Counted from the first letter of the stretch, positions 45,446 through 56,310 are shown. The stretch is 64,000 nucleotides of DNA from Candidatus Eiseniibacteriota bacterium (GCA_963717505.1 OY970342.1:2592001-2656000); one strand, 5' to 3'. The notes: generated by a model not told the origin, from the letters alone. Program-made: numbers and translations.

Positions 45446-46399
45446 CTAGCGATAGCGCAGCTTGAGCCCTCCCCAAGTGGTTGCAGGGGCCGCTGCGGAC
45501 GACTCCGTCGGATTCGCACCGGACGCTGCCTTCTTGAGACTGGTGCCGACTGCGGTCGTTCCCGATGAGCCGCCGCCGCCCAACGGGACCGCGGCCGTGT
45601 GCCACTCGAACCTCGAGACGACGTTGATGTTGTAGGTCACATCGAGCGAGAAGCCAAACGCAGACACGCCACCGGTGAAGCGGATCGTATGCTGGCCCCG
45701 GCGTAGCGGCGGCAGCATGATCCAGTAGCCGTCGGAGGCAGCGTTCTGTTCGGTGCCGGTAACGCAGGGATCCCATGCGCTCAGGCTGGGGTCCCCCGTA
45801 AACGTGATCGGTCCCGACGCACCCCGATAGCGAAACGGATCGCTCACGGCCTTGCCGTCGATCTCCACCGACAACTGATCGACCTGGTCGATGATGTCTT
45901 TGGCGGACTGAGTCAGGAATTCGTCTAGGTCCTGTCCGGGTGCGGGTTCGAACCCGAACTCGGGCGGGCAAGGGTAATCGGCGAGATAGTTGAGAACCGG
46001 AAAGAAAATGACCTTGCCGAAGGGAATCGTGCAGCTGCGCGTCACGACGCTGCCACTGGAGCCGGCGAGGAACCAGACCGGTCCCGACTGTTCGACGCTG
46101 CACGAAGCGCCGGTCTCGTCCAAGATCGGGTTCGATCCGAACGGAATCGACATCGCCCAGCGCCACCACTCCGCTCCCCATTCCCCGTAGGACTTCCCGA
46201 ACAGTCGGAGCCAGGGCGGGATCACAATGGCACCGTGGTCATGACCTCCGTCGGTGACCACCGACACCTGTTCGTCGATCGGGTTGGCTTCGGGCAACTC
46301 CAACGGATCCGCGAACAGGGGGAGCGCGGTGATCGAGGATCCGATCCACAGAGCCACGATCAACGCCGACTTGCGAACAATCCTGGTCCAATCGGTCAT
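45446..46399 (-). CDS. Secreted hypothetical protein with C-terminal TWGxxKxxYR tail
   Basis: Signal peptide, core YGEWGAEWWRWAMSIP...GPVWFLAG...SDGYWIMLPPL, Ser/Thr/Ala linker, ends TTWGGLKLRYR. RBS GGAG. Confidence 0.75.
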   Translation of the reverse strand: MTDWTRIVRKSALIVALWIGSSITALPLFADPLELPEANPIDEQVSVVTDGGHDHGAIVIPPWLRLFGKSYGEWGAEWWRWAMSIPFGSNPILDETGASCSVEQSGPVWFLAGSSGSVVTRSCTIPFGKVIFFPVLNYLADYPCPPEFGFEPAPGQDLDEFLTQSAKDIIDQVDQLSVEIDGKAVSDPFRYRGASGPITFTGDPSLSAWDPCVTGTEQNAASDGYWIMLPPLRRGQHTIRFTGGVSAFGFSLDVTYNINVVSRFEWHTAAVPLGGGGSSGTTAVGTSLKKAASGANPTESSAAAPATTWGGLKLRYR

Positions 46400-46815
46400 G
46401 GTGGATCTCCTTGCCTGCGGGGCCGCGACCACCCGTACGGCGGAAGTCGTGGCAGGGCGCGGCCCGCGGCCCTGCCCACTCTGGTCTCCCGCTGGTTCTT
46501 GTGAGGCGCCTTCATCGCTCCGGGACAGGCCTCGCCTCAAGCTCCGAGGGGTGGTTCCGGCCATCCTGGAAGGGTGCGGCCCCTGGGGGAGAAACGAGGA
46601 CGCATCGCAGTCCGGTCGTCAATTTCGCGGACAGCCACGCCCCATCCACCATCGCCGGGAGGACCGGGGTCGCATGATGCAAGTCACGTCGTGGTACCCG
46701 GGCGTGGGGATCATGGTCTGGTCTCCGCGCCGGCCTCGATATCGCGACCGACCTGGGTGGATCGGACGTTCCTCCTTGAGGGAGTGGACGAGTCCACAGT
46801 CCCGGAGGCAACGTC

Positions 46816-49104
46816 ATGAGATCTTCTGCGATCCTGCTTGTCCTTCTTCAATTCACGCTGGTTCAGACTCCGAGTTGGTCGGCGGAGACGCGGCCGGTGG
46901 TTCCGACCTCCGCTGAGGACGGCCAATGGCGGGCCCTGGGAGGACCCTCGGGGCGCTATGGCCACGCGGCCGTGTATGACCCGATGCGCGGCCGGCTGAT
47001 CATCTTCGGCGGCGAAGACAACGCAATGCTCCGCCAGGACGTCTGGACGCTGTCCCTCACAGGGACTCCGGAGTGGACGTCGCTCGTCGCCACGGGGACG
47101 CCGCCCTCGCCACGACGCGGACACTCGATGATCTACGACCCGGTGCGCGACCGGGTCATCGTGTTCGGGGGCTGGGATGGCGCCCGGCGCAACGATGTCT
47201 GGGAGCTGGCGCTTTCACCGACCCCGTCGTGGACCCTGCTCACACCTACCGGGGTCATATCCGCGCGCGATGGTCACAGCGCCATCTACGACCCGGTGCG
47301 CGATCGTATGATCGTCTTCGGCGGAGCGATATCGGCGACAGTCCTGCGCAATGATGTCGTGGCGCTGGCGCTCTCCGGGACACCCACTTGGTCGACGCTG
47401 ACCACTGGAGGTCCACAGCCTGCCGCTCGAACCGACCACAGCGTGGTCTACGATCCGGGCCGTGATCGCATGGTGATCTTCGGGGGCGCGGGGGCCACCA
47501 GCCTGCTCAGTGACGCTCGTGGACTTTCCCTTTCCGGAACCCCTACCTGGGGTGTAATCGTCGCGGGTACACCTCCCTCCGCGCGACGCGGGCACGCCGC
47601 CATCTTTGATCCGATTCGCGACCGGATGGTCGTGGCTTGCGGAAACGACGGCTCACCCCGCGACGATCTGTGGGAGCTGGCGTTCACCGGTTCTCCCGCC
47701 TGGCACGCTTTGAGTCCTACGGGGCTGACTGCCGAGCGGTCGGAACACACGGCGACCTACGATGCGGCTGGAGATCGCATGGTGACCTTCGGCGGAGATC
47801 TCGGAGCCGGTGCCCCAGCCTATTATGGCCTCGTCCACGAGCTCACCCTCGGGACGCCGGCCTGGAATTTCGTGACCGGTTGGGTCGATCTGCCCGGGAG
47901 GCACCATCACACGGCGATCCGCGATCCGATCCGCGACCGGATATTGGTCTACGGAGGGGATGACAACATCACCCTCTTCAATGAAGTCCTGGCGGCATCG
48001 CTGGCCGGAAGCCTGGATTGGAGCTTTATTGGCGATCAGGGGCCGGCACGAAGTGGGCATGTGATGGTCTACGATCCGGTCCGCGACCGGATGCTCGTGT
48101 TTGGCGGCTATGGCGAGGGGAACTACACCAACGACGTCTGGGTGATGTCACTCGGTGTGGTCCCAAGCTGGTCTCTGCTCGGCCCGATCGGAGCGCCACC
48201 GGATCCGCGCGTTTATCACTCGGCGATCTATGACCCCGTGCGTGACCGGGTCATCGTCTATGGCGGGTTGACGTCGCAGGGGATCGACCTTGGGGATCTG
48301 TGGGAGCTTTCGTTGGCGGGGACTCCAATGTGGAGCCCGATCCTGGCGTCGGGCACACCGCCTTCGGCTCGCGCGAATGCGACGGTTGTCTATGATCCCG
48401 AGGGGGACCGGATGCTCCTGTTCGGCGGAGAAGATTCTGCACCGACGAACGACGTCTGGGAGCTCTCGCTCTCTGGAAGCCCCGCATGGAGTGCACTCTC
48501 CCCGACAGGCGGGCCACCTGCTGCTCGAAGCCGCCACACTGCGTTCTACGACGCCGTTCGCAAACGGATGGTGGTGTTCGGTGGATTGAACACTGGGCAA
48601 GTGTTCAACGACGTTTGGAGCCTCTCCTTGTCCGGGCCCCTGAGCTGGACTCCAATGATCCCTGACGGGACCAAGCCCCCAGGTCGATATGGCCATGCGG
48701 CAATCTACGATGTGGTTCGCAATCGCATGTTGGTTGTCGGTGGAGCGTTCAACGGCCATGTCGATCTTGGGGACACCTGGGAGCTGGTATGGCCACCGCT
48801 GGTAGGTGTCGAGGGCGGGGCTCGGGAAGGCGGCCGTATGGTTCTGGTGCATCCCAACCCCTTCCGAACCGATGTTGCGTTCGAATTCGAGCTGCCGTCC
48901 CGGACGAGGTTGGTGCTCGACGTCTACGACCTCAACGGCCGTAGGGTGAAGCGCATCGTCGATGCCGTTGTCGAGGCCGGCCGGCACCCGTTCACCTGGC
49001 GGGGGGACGACGAGTCGGGGCGGTCCATGGGGCCTGGCGTCTATTTCGTACGCGCGGTAACGCCGGGATGGACCTCCGCTCAAAGGATCGTGCGGGTGGA
49101 GTAG
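46816..49104 (+). CDS. Secreted Kelch-repeat protein with C-terminal FlgD-Ig domain
   Basis: About 12 repeats of R.GH.A.YDP.RDR..VFGG...NDVW.L.L.G.P.W, C-terminal HPNPFRT...WRGDDESG...PGVYFVR. RBS GGAGG. Confidence 0.9.
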   Translation: MRSSAILLVLLQFTLVQTPSWSAETRPVVPTSAEDGQWRALGGPSGRYGHAAVYDPMRGRLIIFGGEDNAMLRQDVWTLSLTGTPEWTSLVATGTPPSPRRGHSMIYDPVRDRVIVFGGWDGARRNDVWELALSPTPSWTLLTPTGVISARDGHSAIYDPVRDRMIVFGGAISATVLRNDVVALALSGTPTWSTLTTGGPQPAARTDHSVVYDPGRDRMVIFGGAGATSLLSDARGLSLSGTPTWGVIVAGTPPSARRGHAAIFDPIRDRMVVACGNDGSPRDDLWELAFTGSPAWHALSPTGLTAERSEHTATYDAAGDRMVTFGGDLGAGAPAYYGLVHELTLGTPAWNFVTGWVDLPGRHHHTAIRDPIRDRILVYGGDDNITLFNEVLAASLAGSLDWSFIGDQGPARSGHVMVYDPVRDRMLVFGGYGEGNYTNDVWVMSLGVVPSWSLLGPIGAPPDPRVYHSAIYDPVRDRVIVYGGLTSQGIDLGDLWELSLAGTPMWSPILASGTPPSARANATVVYDPEGDRMLLFGGEDSAPTNDVWELSLSGSPAWSALSPTGGPPAARSRHTAFYDAVRKRMVVFGGLNTGQVFNDVWSLSLSGPLSWTPMIPDGTKPPGRYGHAAIYDVVRNRMLVVGGAFNGHVDLGDTWELVWPPLVGVEGGAREGGRMVLVHPNPFRTDVAFEFELPSRTRLVLDVYDLNGRRVKRIVDAVVEAGRHPFTWRGDDESGRSMGPGVYFVRAVTPGWTSAQRIVRVE

Positions 49105-49151
49105 GGCGGTTCGCCGGCGGCCGATCCCGACCCATGTCAGCCTAGACACGA

Positions 49152-49181
49152 AGGCCCCGGATCCTCGCGGAGCCGGGGCCT
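49152..49181. terminator. Bidirectional hairpin between convergent genes
   Basis: AGGCCCCGG...CCGGGGCCT inverted repeat. Confidence 0.5.
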
Positions 49182-49205
49182 CGAGTCGAACGAAACGCGG
49201 GTGCG

Positions 49206-49826
49206 CTACCGCCCCATCTTGAACGGCCACATGACGCGCGCGTTCACGCTGTAGAAGTCGGTGTCGAGCGGGGCACCGCCGCTGGTCACCTCGGAACCCT
49301 TGTTGCGCAGTATGTGGTACGCGAAGCCGACGCCGAAGGTCATCGAGCTCTGGATCGGGAAGTCGGCGCCGCCGCCGAACGACATGCCGAGCACGCCGTC
49401 CGAAGCCTCGGCGTCTCCGAGTGGGCTCGTCACCTTCATGCTCGGGCCGTACCAGCCGGCCCCGATCTTGGCGTACGGCGTCGCTCTCTGCATCGGCAGC
49501 GCCCAGATACCGTAGGTGCCGACCTGCCAGGCGTTCATGCTGGCTTCGGTTCCGGACGGCAGGCCGGCGTCGCTCGACGCGCCCCAGCCGTGGTACTTGA
49601 CCTCCGCTCCGACGCCGAAGTTGCCTGAGGTGCCGAGGCCGAGATTGCCCATCATGAACTGGTAGAAGCCACCGATGTTGTAGCCGGCCGATGCGGCATC
49701 ACCGAAGTCGCCCGACGGCAGGCTGGTGCCACCGTCGAGTCCGAATTGGTGTTCGCCGGCGGCGAACGCGGAACCGGACAGCAGCAGGGTGGCAGACGCA
49801 ATGAGCGCGAGTGAGAAAGACTTCAT
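49206..49826 (-). CDS. Outer-membrane 8-strand beta-barrel protein (OmpA-like TM domain)
   Basis: Signal peptide, PSGDFGDAASAG, TPYAKIGAG, GMSFGGGADF pattern. Confidence 0.8.
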   Translation of the reverse strand: MKSFSLALIASATLLLSGSAFAAGEHQFGLDGGTSLPSGDFGDAASAGYNIGGFYQFMMGNLGLGTSGNFGVGAEVKYHGWGASSDAGLPSGTEASMNAWQVGTYGIWALPMQRATPYAKIGAGWYGPSMKVTSPLGDAEASDGVLGMSFGGGADFPIQSSMTFGVGFAYHILRNKGSEVTSGGAPLDTDFYSVNARVMWPFKMGR

Positions 49827-49970
49827 GGAGGTCCTCCTTGCGAACGAGCCGACCAGGTCCGGCGGGGGAACTCCAATAGAATCGGCGGGATAGGTCGGTT
49901 TCTTGAGGGGGTCCCTGAAGCCGGCGGGAGGCGCCGGGAGCCGCCTGGGAAGCGGCGAAAACGACTTTGG

Positions 49971-52900
49971 CTAGGCCCCGGGCGCGCCCGTGGGACGGGC
50001 GGTGTGCGCCATGGCCGGCTCCACCCCGGGTGCTGGGGTCCCGCGCTCGCGCGCCGCGACCTTCGCCGGGTCCCCGGCGAACCGGGCGAGCAGCGTGTAG
50101 ACGACCGGGACCACGATCAGCGTCAGCAGGGTCGAGAAGATCAGTCCGCCGACCACCGCGGCCCCGAGCGGCTTGCGCGACTCGGCGCCGGCGCCCAGGC
50201 CGAGCGCGATCGGCAGGATGCCGACGATCGTGGTCAGCGTGGTCATCAGGATCGGGCGCAGGCGGATCAGCGAGGCGCCGACCACGGCCTCGTAGAGTTC
50301 CATCGCCGCGTGCGCGTCGCTGGTTCGCGTACTCGACGATCAGGATCGCGTTCTTGGTCACCAGCCCGATCAGCATGATCAGGCCGATCTGGGAGTAGAT
50401 GTTGAGCGACATCCGGAACACGAACAGCGTGACCAGCGCCCCGAACACCGCGAGCGGCACCGAGAACAGGATGGTGAGCGGGTGGACGAAGCTCTCGAAC
50501 TGGGCCGCCAGCACCAGGAAGATGAACACCAGCGCGATCACGAACAGGAAGTAGAGGCCGCCGCTCGACTCGTCGAACTCGCGCGACTCGCCCGCCAGGT
50601 CGGTGCGGATGCCCGCCGGCAGCGACTGCGCGCGCGATCCGGTCGAGGTCGGTGAGCGCCTGGCCGAGGGTCACGCCGGGCGCCAGGTTGGCGGCGAGTG
50701 TCGCGGAGCGCACGCGGTTGAAGTGGTTGAGTTCGCGCGGCGACACGGTCTCGTCCACCTGGACCACGTTGGCCATCTGCACCAGGCCGTCGCGTGCCGC
50801 GCACGTAGAGCCGTCGATCATGGCCGGGCTCGAGCGGTCCGCTCGACGGCACCTGGAGCATCACGTCGTACTGGCGGTTGCCGAGCTTGAACGTGCTCGA
50901 CCTCGCGGCCGCCGAGCAGCGTCTGCAGCGTGCTGCCGATCTCCTGCACCGACACGCCCAGCTCCGCGGCGCGGTCGCGGTCGATCTGGATTTCGAGCTG
51001 CGGCTTGTTGAGCTTGAGGTCGCTGTCCATGTTGACCAGGTAGCCGAGCTTCTGCGCCTCCATCATCATCACGCCCATCGCCTCTTCGAGCGTCGTCGTA
51101 GTTCTCGGCCTGGAGCACGAACTGGACCGGCCGGCCGAAGCCGCCGCCCAGGCTGGGCGGGTTGATCGGGATCGCGAGCACGCCGGGGATCGACATCATC
51201 TGCGGGAACAGCGAGCGGACGATCTCCTGCTGGCTGCGCTTGCGTTCGTGATAGGGCTTGAGGCGCACGAACATGAAGCCGTCGGTGACGCGGCCCGGAG
51301 CGCCGAAGCCGAGGCCGACCGCGGTGAACATGCGATCGACTTCAGGCACGTTCTGGTAGATCGCCTCCGCCTGGCGCACGTAGCGGTCGGTGTACTCGAG
51401 CGTCGAGCCCTCGGGCGCCAGCACCAGGTTGAAGATCAGGCCGCGGTCCTCGGTCGGCACCAGCTCGGAAGGCAGGACGCGGAACAATCCGACCATGGCC
51501 GCGATCAGGCCGAGACCGCTGAGCATGACCATTCCGCGCCGGCGCAGGGAGAAGCGCAGGATGCGCTCGTAGCCACGGGTGAAGGCGGCCAGGCCGCGGT
51601 TGAACGTGCCACGCCAGCCCCGAGCCTCGGCGCCGGGTCCGCTGGCCGGCCCGCCGCCCTCGCCGGGCGAGGAATGCGGCGCGCCCCTGAGCAGGCGCGA
51701 GCACAGCATCGGGGTCAGCGTCAGGGCGACGAAGCCCGAGATCAGCACCGACACCGCCACCGCGATGCCGAACTCGTTGAACAGCCGGCCGACCCGGCCG
51801 GTCAGGAAGGCCACCGGAACGAACACGGCGACCAGCGCCAGGGTGGTGGCGATGATCGCGAAGCCGATCTCGCGAGGCGCCGTCGAGGGCGGCGCGCATC
51901 CGACTCTTGCCCATCTCCAGGTGCCGGTAGACGTTCTCGAGCATGACGATGGCGTCGTCGACCACCAGTCCGATCGCCAGCACCAGCGCGAGCAGCGTCA
52001 GGATGTTGAGGCTGAAGCCGAGGAAGTAGGTGACGGTGAACGTGCCGATGATCGAGATCGGGATCGCGATCGCCGGAATCAGCGTGGCGCGGAAGCTGCC
52101 GAGGAACACGAAGATCACCAAGATCACCAGCACGAAGGCCACGAGCAGCGAGATCACGACCTCGTGGATCGAGTCCTCGATGAAGATCGACGAGTCGTAG
52201 GCGATTTCGAGGTTCATACCGGGGGGCACGTCGCGCGCGCAGCTCGCTCGAGCGCCGCGCGCATCCGGCGGGCGACGTCGACGGTGCTCGCCTTCTGTTG
52301 CTTGACGATGCCGAGCCCGACCGACGGCACGCCGTTGAAGCGGCCGATGCTGCGCTCGTCCTCGGCGCCGAGTTCGACCGTGGCGACGTCGCGCAGGCGC
52401 ACCGACTCGGCCTTCGCGTTCGGACAGGACCAGGCTCGAGAACTCCTCGGCCTCGACCAGGTCGCCGCGCGTGCGCACCGAGAACTCGCGGCCGCGGCCC
52501 TCGACGCGGCCCGAGGGGATCTCGGCGTTCTCGTCGCGCAGCGCCGCGTCGACGTCGGCGACCGTCAGGCCGTGGCGGCCAGCCGCTGCGGATCGAGCCA
52601 GATCCGCATCGCGTAGCGGCGGGCCGCGCCGACGAACACCGCGCCCACGCCCTCGATGCGCTGGAGGCGCTCGGACAGCACGTTCTCGGCGACGTCGGTC
52701 AGCTCGAGCGGGCTGACACCCTGGCCGTTGAGCGACAGCCAGATGATCGGCTGCGCGTTGACGTCCTGCTTGGCGACGATCGGATCTTCGGCGTCGCGTG
52801 GGCAGCTGGCCGCGCACGCGCGCGACGCGGTCGCGCACGTCGTTGGCGGCTTCGTCGACGTCGCGGCGCAGGTTGAACTCGACCGTGATGCGCGACACCT

Positions 52901-53159
52901 GCTCCTGCGAGGACGAGGTGATGAGCTTGACGCCCTCGATGGTCGAGAGCTGCTCTTCGAGCACGTCGGTGATCTCGGTCTCGACCACCTGGGCGCTGGC
53001 GCCGCGGTAGATCGTGGTGACCGTGACGATCGGCGAGTCGATGTCCGGGTACTCGCGCACCGGCAGGAACGAGAGCGAGAGCAGGCCGAACAGCAACAGC
53101 GTCAGGCTCATCACCGTGGCGAGGACCGGCCGCTGGATCGAGATCTCGCTGAGCTTCAT
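49971..53159 (-). CDS. RND efflux permease (AcrB/MdtB family), about 10 frameshifts
   Basis: [12 protein letters not shown]...[66 protein letters not shown], spread over several frames. Confidence 0.9.
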
Positions 53160-53171
53160 TGGTCGCTCGGG

Positions 53172-54377
53172 CTAGTTGGTGTCCGCATGGGCCGCGCCCG
53201 AGGTCTTCTTCTCGGTGGGTAGTGCCGCGCCGGGTGCTCCCTGAGGCGGGCCGCCGGCCATCGCGGCGCTCGAAACCGGCAGGACGCGTGCTCCCGCGAA
53301 CAGCTTCTGGTGCCCGGCCTTGACCACGACCGCGCCCGGCTCGAGCCCGGCGATCACCTCGACGAACGCGGAGTCACGCGCTCCCAGGTGGACCGCGGTT
53401 CGCGCCACGGTGCTGTCCGGGTTCACCTGGTAGACGAAGTTCTGCGTGCCCTCGGCGAATACGGCCTCGTCCGGGACCACCAGCGCCATCGGGCGTTCGG
53501 CGAAGGTCACCGTGACGTTGGCCGACATGCCGGGCCGCAGCCGGCGTCCGGGATTCGACAGCCACGCCACCAGCTGAACGGTGCGGGTTTGCGGATCGAT
53601 GATCGGGTCGACCACGGTGACCCGGCCGTCGAACGTCTCGCCGGGATACGCCGGCGTCCAGACCGTGACCGGGATCCCGGCCTTGAGCTGACCCGCATAA
53701 CGCTCCGGGGCGGCGAACGCCACCTTCATCTCGTCGACGCGCGCGAGTTCGGTGATCGGATCACCCGGCGACAGCCACGCTCCCGGCGACACACGGCGTC
53801 GTCCGATCAATCCCGGCCAGGGCGCGCGAATGCGCGTCTTGTCGAGGCGCGCCTCGGCGTAGGCCTCGTTGGCCTCCGCCACCTTGAGGGCGGTGCTGGC
53901 GTTGTCGAGCTCCTGCTCGGAGACGACGTTTTGGTCCTTGAGCTTGACCGAGCGCTCGTAGTTGAGGCGCGCCTGTTCGTGCTGGGCGCGGGCGCGCTCG
54001 GCCTCGGCCTTCAGCTCGCGGGCATCCATCAGGACCAGGACGTCACCCTTCTCCGCGGAGCCTCCCTCCTCGAACACGATCTCTTCGACCTTGGCGCTGA
54101 CTTCGGCCACGACCGTGAGGATCTCTCGGGCCTCCAGGGTTCCCAGGGCGCGGAACTGATCGCGCGCAACCCGCGGGTGCACTTCGGAAACCTCGACCGG
54201 CATCGGCGGCATTTGGAATCCCGCGCCACCCGGTCCGCCCGACTTCGCGCAGCCGCCCAGCAACGCGGCAGTCAGCATCGATGCCGCCAGCATCAGAGGC
54301 TGGAGGCGACCGTAAGAGACGAGGCGAGCCGGAGCCGAAGGGGAGGCGCCGGCCCAAAGCGGGGCAGGGGCGTGCAT
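53172..54377 (-). CDS. RND efflux periplasmic adaptor (MFP)
   Basis: Lipobox LLGGC, GDVLVLMD, IRAPWPG, IDPQTRTV, LRPGMSA, LVVPDEAV. Start may be 54293. Confidence 0.9.
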   Translation of the reverse strand: MHAPAPLWAGASPSAPARLVSYGRLQPLMLAASMLTAALLGGCAKSGGPGGAGFQMPPMPVEVSEVHPRVARDQFRALGTLEAREILTVVAEVSAKVEEIVFEEGGSAEKGDVLVLMDARELKAEAERARAQHEQARLNYERSVKLKDQNVVSEQELDNASTALKVAEANEAYAEARLDKTRIRAPWPGLIGRRRVSPGAWLSPGDPITELARVDEMKVAFAAPERYAGQLKAGIPVTVWTPAYPGETFDGRVTVVDPIIDPQTRTVQLVAWLSNPGRRLRPGMSANVTVTFAERPMALVVPDEAVFAEGTQNFVYQVNPDSTVARTAVHLGARDSAFVEVIAGLEPGAVVVKAGHQKLFAGARVLPVSSAAMAGGPPQGAPGAALPTEKKTSGAAHADTN

Positions 54378-54478
54378 GCGAGGCGCAGCATACGATGCCA
54401 CTCGGGTGGAGCGAAAATCCGGCGACGAGCGCCGACGTCGGCGCGACGAGCGCGAAGGCGTGACCAACTCGTGACGTA

Positions 54479-55393
54479 TCAGGGCGAACTCCGATCCGAT
54501 GTGGTTGGAGCGATGCGGGCGAAGGTCAACGAAGCCCAATGGCTGTCCCAGTCGGCGGCGCGCGGTTGCGGGCAGCGAACCATGTGCACCGAGCTGACCA
54601 ACCACTCGCCTTCGCCTTCCAGGTTGAGCACGACGATGCCGCCGGATCCCGAACGCGCTTCGACCGTCATCGCGACGGAGTCGCGCCCGGCCGCGTTCAC
54701 GGGGGTCGTGCCGCTCGCCAGGGGGCGGCGCCACGCCCGCACCAGTGCCCCGGTCAGCGGCGAGTTTCGATAGAGCAGACGAAGCTGCAGGGGCCCGGGT
54801 CGCGACGGATCGCTGAGCGGCACCATTTCGAAGGTCAGACCCAGAGAACCAAAGACGCGCCGCGCGTCAGGCTTGGCCCCCGCGACCCAGGTCTTGGAGC
54901 AGCGGGCGTAGCGTTCACGAACCGGATCGAGGCTCGGCTTGCGCGCTCGTTCGGCCATTGGCCCGTCGAGCCCCTCGAGCGCGAGGTAGCGATCGAACTC
55001 GTCGGCGGCGAACCCGATCGGATAGAACGTGGACTCGTAGACGATCATCATTCCGCCATCGTCCGGGGCCGTCAGCCTCGCAAACACCGGCGCGTTGTCG
55101 ACTCCGGCGCTGCGCAGGTCCAGGTCCGCAGGCCCGCGCACCGCGAGTCGAACGGTGCGGCTCGGTTGAAAGGTCTTGAGCTCGCCGCGAAACCCGGTTC
55201 CGACGAACGCCGACACGTAGACCGAATCCCCGGGGGCGGCGTGATAGGTCGATGGAGCGAGCCAGTATTCATGGGCATGGACCTGAGCAGGGAACGGGAT
55301 GGCGCCTGCCAGAACCGCGAACAGCGCGATTCGGGCAGGATTCGGCGGAGTTCGACGGAACGAACACGCCCGCCGGTGGATCACGTCACTCAT
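54479..55393 (-). CDS. DUF4198-like periplasmic protein (metal-transport associated)
   Basis: Signal peptide cleaved before HEYWLAP, FDRYLALEGL, ERYARCSKT, GLTFEMVPL, GEWLVSSVHM, WDSHWASLTF. Confidence 0.8.
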   Translation of the reverse strand: MSDVIHRRACSFRRTPPNPARIALFAVLAGAIPFPAQVHAHEYWLAPSTYHAAPGDSVYVSAFVGTGFRGELKTFQPSRTVRLAVRGPADLDLRSAGVDNAPVFARLTAPDDGGMMIVYESTFYPIGFAADEFDRYLALEGLDGPMAERARKPSLDPVRERYARCSKTWVAGAKPDARRVFGSLGLTFEMVPLSDPSRPGPLQLRLLYRNSPLTGALVRAWRRPLASGTTPVNAAGRDSVAMTVEARSGSGGIVVLNLEGEGEWLVSSVHMVRCPQPRAADWDSHWASLTFARIAPTTSDRSSP

Positions 55394-55440
55394 GCTGGGT
55401 CCCGGTTCGGCCAGGGGTCGATGCTGGATTTCGGCTTGGA

Positions 55441-56310
55441 TCAGGGATGGCCCTTGCGGGCCAGCAGCCGGGCGGTCCACGGACCTCCCGGCGGAGACGT
55501 TTCATGGTATTCCATCACGTCCAGTCCTGGGAATGCCCGTTCCAGTTCGCCCGACTCGAGCAGGAAGCGCCGGCGACGGGGCCGTCCGAAACGCTCCTGC
55601 CCGCGCCGATAGGTCTCGTAGACCAACCAGCCCCCCGGTGCGAGCGACCGTTCGATGGCCGGGAACAAGGGGCGGTGCAGGAAACGAAAGCAGACCACGA
55701 GATCGTATCGTTCGACTGGCACCGCGATGGCCCGCGCCTCGAGATCGCACGGCTTGATCTCGACCTGGACGCCGTGGCGCTTCGCCAGGTTCTGGGCCTG
55801 GCCGAGCGCGAATGGGTCGGCGTCCCAGCCCTCGACCGCGAACCCCTGGAGCGCGAGAAACACGGCCTCGCGGCCCGATCCGCAAGCCAGGTCGGCCGCT
55901 CGGGGCGCCGGCCGCGCGGCCAGGCCCCGCTGAATCCCGGGCAGAACGGACTCGAGGTAAGGGGCGGGCCGCCAGATTCGCGCCGGCGCTCCGGTCGCCC
56001 ATCCGGCTTGGCGGAGTGCCTCCGTAGATGCCGCCAGGAACGACACCGGGCGCCCGGCCCGCACGGCCAGCCACTCCGCCGCCCGTTCGGCCGCCTCGGG
56101 TTCCTCGGCGACGACCAGCAGGTCCGCGTCACGCGGAGGAAGCTCGGTGATCCTCTCCGGCAGCTCGGACCACGGCAGGTTCCCGCTCCCCGGAAGGTGT
56201 CCCGCCGCGAAGCGCTCGGCATCGCGCACGTCGAGGATCACGCGATCGCCGAGGGTTGCGAGTGCCGAGGCGGGGTCGAGGCCCCGCGATCGCGGAGCGA
56301 ACTCGGTCAC
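55441..56310 (-). CDS. Rhodanese-like domain fused to TehB-like class I SAM methyltransferase
   Basis: ILDVRDAERFAAGHLPGSGNLP, then DLACGSGREAVFLA...YDLVVCFRFLHR...LAPGGWLVYET. GTG start overlaps the upstream stop. Confidence 0.85.
   Translation of the reverse strand: MTEFAPRSRGLDPASALATLGDRVILDVRDAERFAAGHLPGSGNLPWSELPERITELPPRDADLLVVAEEPEAAERAAEWLAVRAGRPVSFLAASTEALRQAGWATGAPARIWRPAPYLESVLPGIQRGLAARPAPRAADLACGSGREAVFLALQGFAVEGWDADPFALGQAQNLAKRHGVQVEIKPCDLEARAIAVPVERYDLVVCFRFLHRPLFPAIERSLAPGGWLVYETYRRGQERFGRPRRRRFLLESGELERAFPGLDVMEYHETSPPGGPWTARLLARKGHP

Noticed and set aside
46930-48790. Regularly spaced DNA repeats (TACGACCCGGTGCGCGACCG-like) suggesting a CRISPR array
   Set aside because: They are degenerate in-frame Kelch repeats about 150-165 nt apart inside a CDS, and no cas genes are present.
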